Below are positions 38,090 to 45,550 of a stretch of 62,424 nt of DNA, piece by piece. The position numbers and the translations under genes are program-made. The notes beneath the pieces were generated by a model. The model was not told the origin of the DNA. It made no database searches and saw nothing but the letters and a program-made list of their open reading frames with translations. The stretch's first letter is position 1. Each line of letters starts with the position of its first letter. Source of the DNA: a virus (Duplodnaviria; Caudoviricetes); the IMG/VR virus record IMGVR_UViG_3300011918_000036, positions 1 through 62,424 of that record. One strand, written 5' to 3'.

Positions 38090-39450
38090 TGGCTAGATTT
38101 ACTTTGCACGCGCGCAATCGCGCCAATGAGCCAGTCCAGCTGATTTACGACAACCAAACCAGTGAGCTTCTGGCCGAGGACCTTACTCCCTGGCCACTGG
38201 CCTACATTGAAAAATCATGGACAGTCGGTCACATTGAAGCGGTTAGCCTTACCCATCCTGGTCGAAAGACCAGCCCCAAGGTATTGAAAATTCAGCTTGG
38301 TCTGTCGTGCAACTACTCGTGCGACTATTGCAGCCAACGGTTTGTTCCTCATGCGCAAGAGACCACGCAAGCAGACGTACCTCAATTTTTGAGGCTGCTT
38401 GAGGATAGTCTCGACCAAGCACCCGAGCGAATTGAGTTTTGGGGTGGCGAACCGTTGGTTTATATCAAGACCCTGCGCCCTTTGGCTGAGGCGCTCAGGC
38501 AGCGGTATCCGTCAGCATCATTTGGCATCGTCACCAATGGCTCTTTGCTGAATCCGGAGGTCAATGAATGGCTGGATGCATTGGGCTTTGGTGTGGGCGT
38601 TAGTCACGACGGTCCAGGTCAACCTGCTCGTGGCCCAGACCCTCTGGCAGACGAATCCAGCCGCGCCGGAATTCTGGATCTTTACAAGCGGCTCTCTCCT
38701 CAGGGGCGAATCTCGTTCAATGCCATGGTCCATCGCACGAACACCAGTCGGGAAGAGATTGCCAAGTACTTCTTGCAGTTGACTGGCGATCCGACGATTT
38801 CGATCGGCGAGGGAGCCTTCGTTGATCCCTACGATGCGGGGGGTCTGGCAAATTCGCTTCAATCGAATGAGGAGGCCTTCGAATTTCGCAGGCAATCGCT
38901 GGATGAAATTCGTCGTGGGCGGATTGTTCATCTCGATATTGCTCGTTCTCGTATGCGCGAGTGGGCTCGAAGCATCCTGGAGAGACGTCCGGCCAGCGTG
39001 TTGGGTCAGAAGTGCGGGATGGACAGTCCTGACCAGATCGCCGTCGATCTCATGGGCAGTGTGCTTACTTGTCAAAACGTGAGTTCGGTGTCTATTGCGC
39101 CTAACGGTCAGTCGCATCACATCGGGCATATTTCAAAGTTGTCGGATGTGGCACTCGACACCTCGACGCATTGGTCTGAACGATCAGAGTGTCTTGGCTG
39201 CCCTGTGCTTCAAGCTTGCAAGGGCGCATGCATGTTCTTGGAAGGACCGTTGTGGACAGCGGCCTGCGACAACGCGTATTCGGATCATGTGCCATTTTTT
39301 GTGGCTGCCATCGAACATCTGACGGGTTGCGCTGTGCAACGCATCGAAGGGGTTCTGCCGCAAGCCAGGTCTGACGTCTTTGGATTCGATGCCAAAGCCA
39401 ATCAATCAGCCTCCAGAAAAGTCATTCCCATCAAGGTGTCAAATGCCTGA
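38089..39450 (+). CDS. Radical SAM enzyme with SPASM domain
   Basis: CNYSCDYC (CxxxCxxC), FWGGEPL, VTNGSLL; C-terminal KCG..TCQ..CLGCPVLQACKGAC..AC. Confidence 0.92.
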   Translation: MARFTLHARNRANEPVQLIYDNQTSELLAEDLTPWPLAYIEKSWTVGHIEAVSLTHPGRKTSPKVLKIQLGLSCNYSCDYCSQRFVPHAQETTQADVPQFLRLLEDSLDQAPERIEFWGGEPLVYIKTLRPLAEALRQRYPSASFGIVTNGSLLNPEVNEWLDALGFGVGVSHDGPGQPARGPDPLADESSRAGILDLYKRLSPQGRISFNAMVHRTNTSREEIAKYFLQLTGDPTISIGEGAFVDPYDAGGLANSLQSNEEAFEFRRQSLDEIRRGRIVHLDIARSRMREWARSILERRPASVLGQKCGMDSPDQIAVDLMGSVLTCQNVSSVSIAPNGQSHHIGHISKLSDVALDTSTHWSERSECLGCPVLQACKGACMFLEGPLWTAACDNAYSDHVPFFVAAIEHLTGCAVQRIEGVLPQARSDVFGFDAKANQSASRKVIPIKVSNA

Positions 39451-39985
39451 TCAAGCTCTTTCAGCAGCATTGCGTGAGGCATATGCCAGTGCGCCCAACG
39501 ACGTGGTTATTTTGCATACCTTGGAGATCCGGCACCCGGACTTTAGAGACGATGCAGGTAATACGACCGCGATCCGCGTGGTTCGTGATCAGCAAGACTT
39601 GCTTGCAAGGCTTGAGGCGTCAGCGCCAATCAATGCAGGCCAGCAGGTTCAGTTTGTAGCCATGGGATTTGAGCTGGATCTGCCGCCGGTAGATATTGCG
39701 CCTGTTCCGGAAATTGCGATCACCCTGGACAACGTCACCCGTGAGATCGTGAAGCACTTGGATGAGGCGTCAGTTTCGGAGTCACCCATTGAAGTGACCT
39801 ACCGTCCGTACCTTTCCAACGATTTGAGTGGCCCACAGATGGATCCGCCCATCACGTTGGTGATCACCGAGGTGGAGGCGGACGTGCAGCGGGTCACGGC
39901 CAAGGCACGGATGGCTGACATTGGCAACAAAACCTTCCCGTCACGCCTGTACACCGCAACTGAGTTCCCTGGATTAGCACGATGA
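39443..39985 (+). CDS. DUF1833 tail-tip protein
   Basis: LREAYASAP..ILHTLEIRHP, ITLDNV, YRPYLS, FPGL. Confidence 0.85.
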   Translation: MPDQALSAALREAYASAPNDVVILHTLEIRHPDFRDDAGNTTAIRVVRDQQDLLARLEASAPINAGQQVQFVAMGFELDLPPVDIAPVPEIAITLDNVTREIVKHLDEASVSESPIEVTYRPYLSNDLSGPQMDPPITLVITEVEADVQRVTAKARMADIGNKTFPSRLYTATEFPGLAR

Positions 39986-40404
39986 CGAAAGAAGACTCGC
40001 CGAGTTGGGCGATCCAATACATCGGTCGTCCGTGGATTGCAGGTGAGAGAGGCCCCGAGTCATTTGACTGCTGGGGCCTTTTTCTTTGGGTCCAGAAGAC
40101 GCACTTCAGTCGTGAATTGCCTGTGATCCCGGTGGATGCACTGAATCTGCGGACGGTCCTGCACACGTTCAAAACTCACCCTGAGAGGCAACGTTGGGCT
40201 GTGGTCGATGTGCCACAGCAGGGTGATGCGGTCTTGATGCGTCAGTCTCGACACCCTGTTCATGTGGGCGTATGGGTCGAGGGAGACGGTGGCGGCGTTT
40301 TGCACTGTGCCCAGCAGGCTGGAGTGGTGTTTCAGCAACTGAATTCTCTGGCCAGTCACGGCTGGCAGGTGGAGGGGTATTACCGATGGAAGGAATCGCC
40401 ATGA
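39982..40404 (+). CDS. NlpC/P60 tail-associated protein (gpK-like)
   Basis: FDCWGL catalytic Cys, HVGV. Confidence 0.9.
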   Translation: MTKEDSPSWAIQYIGRPWIAGERGPESFDCWGLFLWVQKTHFSRELPVIPVDALNLRTVLHTFKTHPERQRWAVVDVPQQGDAVLMRQSRHPVHVGVWVEGDGGGVLHCAQQAGVVFQQLNSLASHGWQVEGYYRWKESP

Positions 40405-42695
40405 CAAGCACTTGCATGTCAGGCCTACCCAGTCCTGGACTGGTCATTTGGATGCGAAATCCGTTCGAGCCCAGTGATCGGCAGGTGAGCCATGTGTTTG
40501 GATCGCCCACGATCGCACAGTGGATGAGTCGTGATGGCGTTGAACTCGACCAGCCCACCTTGATCCTGAAAAACGGGCAGCCAGTACTGATGGCGCATAG
40601 GGCGGTGACGCCGATAGATGCAGGAGACGTCGTAGCTTTGGTCACACTGCCGCAAGGCGGTGGAGGTGGCGGCAAGAATCCGCTGAGAACCGTGCTCATG
40701 ATCGCCGTGCTGGTCGTCGCAAATGCGTATGGCGGCGCTCTGGCTGCGTCAATGGGGTATTCAGGCACGCTAGCGACGGCGGTGGCGTCAACTGCGATTG
40801 CAGTGACGGGCTCTGTACTTGTCAATGCCCTGGTGCCGTTGCCAAATCAGGCCTTGCCCTCGGCATCAGCCAACACCACATCCCCCAGCCCGACATACTC
40901 CTTGCAAGCGCGGGGTAACTATGGACGCTTGGCGCAACCCGTGCCTGTGATCTATGGCCGTCATCTGGTGTACCCAGATCTGGCCACCATGCCCTATACG
41001 GAGTACGAGAACAATGAAGAATATCTCCATCAACTGCATGTCATCGGTGTAGGCCAGTTCCAGTTTGAGGAGCTGTCCATTGATGACAGCCCGATCAGCT
41101 CGTTCGCAGAGGTGCAAGCGCAGGTGATTGAGCCAGGCGGCCAGAACACATTGTTCAATCCTGATGTGGTTACGGCCCCGGAGGTCTCGGGACAGGAGTT
41201 GATTGCTGTTAGCGATACCGGAGCCATCGTTGGCCCCTTTGCCCTAAATCCGGTGGGTACACAGATCAATCAGGTCGGTGTCGATGTGGTGATGTTGCGC
41301 GGTCTCTACTATGCCAATGACAGTGGTGCATTGGAAAGCCGATCGGTGCAGTGGCGGGTTGAGGTGCGAAGCATCAACGATGATGGGGATGCCATCTCGG
41401 GTTGGCTTCATTTGGCAGACGAGACCTACTCAGCTGCAACCAATACCGCGCAGCGCCTGTCTTTCAAGTATTCGGTGGCACCTGGGCGTTATGAGATCCG
41501 CCTGCAGCGCCTTGATGCACGGGATACCAGCAATCGGGCTGGTCATGAGTTGCGTTGGGGGCAAGCCAAGGGTTATTTGGCTGGATCCCAACTGCCCACT
41601 GATCTGACTTACTTGGCGCTCAGGATGCGCGCTACCGACAACTTGTCACAGCGTTCCTCACGGTTGGTCAACTGCCTGGTGACGCGCAAGCTCTCAAGTT
41701 GGAGTTCAAGCTCTGGGTGGTCTGCGCTGCAACCCACCCGGTCGATTGCGTGGGCCTTCGCGGATGCTGTTAAGTCCAGCTACGGCGCAGGTCTGCCTGA
41801 CCGGCAATTAGACTTGTCAGCCTTGGCGCGGTTGGATGCGGCGTGGTCTGTTCGAGGGGATACCTTCAATGCAGTGTTTGATCAGAACCAGACGGTGTGG
41901 GACGCCTTGGGGCAGATTGCCCGGACTGGGCGTGCCGTGCCGTTTTTGCAAGGCGGGATTGTTCGCATCGTTCGCGATGAACCCAAGACCATCCCGGTGG
42001 CGCTCTTTTCTGCACGAAATATCGTGCGCAACAGCTGGAAGATTCAGTACCTGATGGCAGGCGATGCGACAGCGGATGCTGTCACGATCGAATACGTCAA
42101 CCCCAAGAGCTGGAAGCCTGACGAGTTCACAGTGGCGTTGCCTGGATCCCAGGCTGTCAAGCCTGCTCGCGTGAGATTGTTTGGCTGTACCGATAGGGCT
42201 CAGGGCGTTCGAGAGGGTAAATACATCGTGGCGGCCAATCGATATCGCCGACGAATCGTGACCTTCCGCACGGAGCTGGAAGGTTTGATTCCAACCTATG
42301 GAGATTTGATTGCGCTCAGTCACGACATTCCGCGATGGGGTTTGAGTGGAGAGGTCTTGAGCTGGGACAGTCAAACGAGGACTGTGCGGTGTTCTGAGTC
42401 GCTGAGTTGGCAGTTAGGAGCCGTTCACTACCTGGTTCTGCGAAAGCCAGATGGCTCGGTCTCCGATGCCATTGAGGTCACGCAGGGGGCAACTGCTGCT
42501 CATGCCATCCTGAAAGCTCAGCCCGGGTTTGAGCCACAGATCAGTGCTGACCGTGAGCGAACGCATTTTGCTTTTGGTGTCGGGCAGTCCTGGTCTCAGC
42601 TGGCGCGTGTCATGAGCGTCAAGCCCAGGGCTGAGCAGGTCGAGCTGACTTGCGTGGCTGAGAACGCGTTGGTGCATACCGCCGATCAATCCTGA
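40401..42695 (+). CDS. Central tail tip / host specificity protein (gpI/J-like), short C-terminus
   Basis: PQGGGGGGKNPLR, PVPVIYGRH..YPD, TRSIAWA. Confidence 0.88.
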   Translation: MTSTCMSGLPSPGLVIWMRNPFEPSDRQVSHVFGSPTIAQWMSRDGVELDQPTLILKNGQPVLMAHRAVTPIDAGDVVALVTLPQGGGGGGKNPLRTVLMIAVLVVANAYGGALAASMGYSGTLATAVASTAIAVTGSVLVNALVPLPNQALPSASANTTSPSPTYSLQARGNYGRLAQPVPVIYGRHLVYPDLATMPYTEYENNEEYLHQLHVIGVGQFQFEELSIDDSPISSFAEVQAQVIEPGGQNTLFNPDVVTAPEVSGQELIAVSDTGAIVGPFALNPVGTQINQVGVDVVMLRGLYYANDSGALESRSVQWRVEVRSINDDGDAISGWLHLADETYSAATNTAQRLSFKYSVAPGRYEIRLQRLDARDTSNRAGHELRWGQAKGYLAGSQLPTDLTYLALRMRATDNLSQRSSRLVNCLVTRKLSSWSSSSGWSALQPTRSIAWAFADAVKSSYGAGLPDRQLDLSALARLDAAWSVRGDTFNAVFDQNQTVWDALGQIARTGRAVPFLQGGIVRIVRDEPKTIPVALFSARNIVRNSWKIQYLMAGDATADAVTIEYVNPKSWKPDEFTVALPGSQAVKPARVRLFGCTDRAQGVREGKYIVAANRYRRRIVTFRTELEGLIPTYGDLIALSHDIPRWGLSGEVLSWDSQTRTVRCSESLSWQLGAVHYLVLRKPDGSVSDAIEVTQGATAAHAILKAQPGFEPQISADRERTHFAFGVGQSWSQLARVMSVKPRAEQVELTCVAENALVHTADQS

Positions 42696-42716
42696 ACTGA
42701 ACCTGATTTTTTAACC

Positions 42717-42751
42717 ACCCGCCGAGGAGCAATCCCGGCGGGTTTCTTTTT
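42717..42751 (+). terminator. Rho-independent terminator-like hairpin before the lysis cassette
   Basis: ACCCGCCG..GGA-GCAA-TCC-CGGCGGGT followed by TTCTTTTT. Confidence 0.65.
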
Positions 42752-42761
42752 GGAGAAACGA

Positions 42762-43145
42762 ATGCCAGAACCGACAAGTAGTGGAGTCGCAGGAGCGGCA
42801 GTGGCTTACAAGGCCTTCGGCGGAACGGCGGCAGCAGTTGCCAGCGGAGCCACCTTGGCCGCCGTGGTGGTCATGCTGATGACTCCACCGCGAAACAAAC
42901 GTGAATGGGCTGTCGGCTTGATCAGTACGGTGGTGTCCAGCATTGGCGGTGGTGCTTTCACTGTAGAGCATTTCGGTCTGCATCACTGGGCTTTCTCATT
43001 CATGGGGCTATGTGCTCTGGGTGGGTTGATCTTTGCGTGCGGCTTGCCGGGGTGGGCGATGGTTCGTTGGACCTTTGCATTCATTGACAAGCGTCGAGAC
43101 GATTCGATCGAAGAGGTGGCCAAAGACGTGAAGGAGCTGCTATGA
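42762..43145 (+). CDS. Holin
   Basis: Three hydrophobic segments, charged C-terminus, upstream of the endolysin. Confidence 0.75.
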   Translation: MPEPTSSGVAGAAVAYKAFGGTAAAVASGATLAAVVVMLMTPPRNKREWAVGLISTVVSSIGGGAFTVEHFGLHHWAFSFMGLCALGGLIFACGLPGWAMVRWTFAFIDKRRDDSIEEVAKDVKELL

Positions 43146-43606
43146 AACCGATTGAATTCATCGCATTGATCGGCTCCTCTGCGCAGGCAACGGCCAAGCG
43201 TACGGGCGTGTTCGCCAGTATCACGATCGCGCAGGCAGCGTTGGAGTCCGGTTGGGGTGAGTCTGGCCTGGCCAAGGTGGGGAAGAACCTCTTTGGCATC
43301 AAGGCCGATAGCCGCTGGAGGGGGGAGACCTTGATTCTTCAGACCAAGGAATTCATCCGTGGCCAGTGGGTTGTGGTGCCTGCCAAGTGGCGCAAGTACG
43401 CCAGCTGGCAAGAGAGCATTGATGACCACGCAGCCTTCCTCAAGCAAAACCCGCGCTATCAACCATGCTTCCAATGTTTGACGGCTCAGGCATTTGCACA
43501 AGCGCTGGCCAAGGCTGGGTATGCCACGGATCCAGGCTACGCCAACAAGGTGATCGGACTCATGAATCAGCACAAGCTGCAAGCACTGGATGGAGGTGCT
43601 CCATGA
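43142..43606 (+). CDS. Endolysin, GH73 glucosaminidase/FlgJ-like
   Basis: AQAALESGWG, NLFGIKA, GYATDPGY. Confidence 0.92.
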   Translation: MKPIEFIALIGSSAQATAKRTGVFASITIAQAALESGWGESGLAKVGKNLFGIKADSRWRGETLILQTKEFIRGQWVVVPAKWRKYASWQESIDDHAAFLKQNPRYQPCFQCLTAQAFAQALAKAGYATDPGYANKVIGLMNQHKLQALDGGAP

Positions 43607-44100
43607 ACTGGCTCACCAAATTCTTCTTCGCCAATTGGAATTACCTGATGGGCGGACTTGTACTGCTGATGGTTTTTATCTGCGGAGTACAGGTCGGTGA
43701 ATCCCGCATCAATCGGGAATGGGACTCCGAGAAGTTGCGAGCAGCGCTGGTCATTGCCAAGCAAGAGCAGCGTGTCGAAGACATCCGTCAATCACAAACT
43801 CAAATCAATCAGGGAATTTCAAATGACTATGCGAAGAACACCAAGGTGCTGGCAGGTCGTCAGTCTGATTCTCATCCTATCGGGATGTGCGACTACGCCA
43901 CAACCAGTGGCAACAGTGTGCCCGCCATTTCCGATACTGCCCAAGGAGCTGCAGTCCCCGCCACCTACTCTCTATTTGCTTCCGATGCAGATGCGAGGGG
44001 AGTGAGTTGCAAGCAGCTTGAAACAGATGCGGCACAGACCACCCTCATGCTGCTCGAAGTGCAGCGCTGGTATCAGAAGCAATCAGCTCTTTACCCATAA
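43603..44100 (+). CDS. Rz-like i-spanin
   Basis: N-terminal TM helix plus coiled coil, after the endolysin. Confidence 0.75.
   Translation: MNWLTKFFFANWNYLMGGLVLLMVFICGVQVGESRINREWDSEKLRAALVIAKQEQRVEDIRQSQTQINQGISNDYAKNTKVLAGRQSDSHPIGMCDYATTSGNSVPAISDTAQGAAVPATYSLFASDADARGVSCKQLETDAAQTTLMLLEVQRWYQKQSALYP
43823..44005 (+). CDS. Rz1-like o-spanin lipoprotein embedded in Rz
   Basis: +1 frame: MTMRRTPRCWQVVSLILILSGC lipobox followed by Pro-rich CPPFPILPKELQSPPP. Confidence 0.7.
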   Translation: MTMRRTPRCWQVVSLILILSGCATTPQPVATVCPPFPILPKELQSPPPTLYLLPMQMRGE

Positions 44101-44139
44101 AAAGGCCCGGCTTGTCATTTGACAGGTCGGGCCTTTTTT
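44099..44139. terminator. Bidirectional rho-independent terminator ending the late operon
   Basis: AAAAAGGCCCGGCTTGTCA / TGACAGGTCGGGCCTTTTTT. Confidence 0.85.
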
Positions 44140-44386
44140 GTTTTTGGGCTATGAGTTGAATAGGAATAAATATGCACTTTAACCTTTCGTAGTGAGCCTC
44201 TGATTTGTCAGAGTGTCCCGTCTGCCCTGACAACTGTAGCAACCCCAGTCCGCCTCCATATTGCTTAACTTGTTGGCGGAACGCAATTACGAGGCGGTCA
44301 AGAAGATAGGGCTATAGCGCTGTACCGATGAACATTGATTAAGTATGATCTAACTGTTGATCAGCATCACTGGATTCGAAAGCACT

Positions 44387-44629
44387 ATGAATCAAGAAAA
44401 GAAGTGGCCTCAAGTTGGTGAAACGCTTACTCACACATACAGAAAAAAGCCCGGGAGGGTTGAGGCTGAAGTTGTTTCCGTAGACAAGAAAAATGGCGCG
44501 ATTTCTTTGCGCATAGGGAAGCAGATCTACCCCTCCTTGTCTTCAGCTGCCGAAGCAATGTCCGGAGCCGCAGCAAATGGTTGGATTTATTGGGGGCTAA
44601 AAAAGCAGCGCCCAAAAAATATAGCCTGA
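44387..44629 (+). CDS. RAMA/DUF4357-like small protein
   Basis: YPSLSSAAEAMSGAAANGWIYW. Confidence 0.65.
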   Translation: MNQEKKWPQVGETLTHTYRKKPGRVEAEVVSVDKKNGAISLRIGKQIYPSLSSAAEAMSGAAANGWIYWGLKKQRPKNIA

Positions 44630-44754
44630 GATTATCTGTATAAGTCGGACCTTCTTTTTTTGGCTCTTGATTTCTTGCTTGTCACCTGTCTGGTTGTATA
44701 GGTCATGAACAAATTGCGCTCTTTTGAAGCGTATTAATATTTGGGAGTTTATCG

Positions 44755-45495
44755 GTGAGTTATTACAAAACTAATGCAGTCTACGGGCTCCTCGAACTGG
44801 AAAAAGAGCATCCCTTTGTGTGGGTGTCTGGAAACGCATGGATGCTAGTTTATGGCGATCAAAATGCTTCTCCTAAAGCCCTTGTTTTGGCAGTTGGGAG
44901 TTCTTGGGATATTCAGAAAGACGTGGTGCGTGTATCAAAAAAAATAGCGCAAAAATCTGGTATTCCACTCTTTTTTGTCAAGTTTGATGATGGCGTCGAT
45001 GCGATTGAAAAGGTTAGGTTTAGTCAGCCCGGTCATATTCCGACAGAATTGACTCTAGATGAACTGAAAGAAGAGTTTGCAAAAACCGGTTTACCGGTAA
45101 AAGACGGATATTGCGGGAAAAGTGTCAACGACGCCACAAGTAGTGCTTACCACAACTGGCAGCGAGCCAATCTTGGGGCAATCAAGGTCACCGATATCGA
45201 TTTGGTTAGATTGGATAGTAATGGCGAACCGATTGAGGTACTCGAACTTAAAAGATCTTTTTACTCCCTTCAAGATTGGAAGCCTTATCAAGATGACTTT
45301 GTCAACTTCAATCTGCTTTTGTCTGTATGTCAACAAGCTGATATGAAGATGAATATTGCATACAACGTCCGAGAAACGAAACCCGTTTTTAAGGATGACG
45401 CCTCTCGATTCGCTATTTTTTCATTCTCTTCACCAAGCGCCCCTAAAAAAATTGGATTGGTTAATTATTCTGATTTTTTGAAAGGGGACTATTAA
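44755..45495 (+). CDS. Hypothetical protein, possible PD-(D/E)XK nuclease
   Basis: TDIDLV..EVLELKR; AT-rich. Confidence 0.5.
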   Translation: MSYYKTNAVYGLLELEKEHPFVWVSGNAWMLVYGDQNASPKALVLAVGSSWDIQKDVVRVSKKIAQKSGIPLFFVKFDDGVDAIEKVRFSQPGHIPTELTLDELKEEFAKTGLPVKDGYCGKSVNDATSSAYHNWQRANLGAIKVTDIDLVRLDSNGEPIEVLELKRSFYSLQDWKPYQDDFVNFNLLLSVCQQADMKMNIAYNVRETKPVFKDDASRFAIFSFSSPSAPKKIGLVNYSDFLKGDY

Positions 45496-45550
45496 TGACG
45501 CATAGTCGATTTTAATTTTGACAGATCTCGCCTGAGGGTGATTAAGCGCG

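Larger units (their letters stand above)
2403..44139 (+). mobile_element. Lambda-like (siphovirus) prophage, apparently complete
   Basis: Ordered immunity, integration, replication, packaging, head, tail and lysis modules, mostly on the + strand and ending in a terminator. att sites not identified; the left edge may extend to position 1 or beyond. Confidence 0.92.

Noticed and set aside
36048-39450. Oxygenases and rSAM as a DNA base hypermodification or 7-deazaguanine pathway
   Set aside because: Not excluded but disfavoured: the genes are in the late tail operon, the rSAM has a SPASM domain rather than QueE features, and no nucleotide kinase, transferase or DpdA-like gene is present.
44245-44300. 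TCCGCC..GGCGGA pairing, possible tRNA fragment or ncRNA at the prophage end
   Set aside because: No cloverleaf, T-loop or CCA recognisable.
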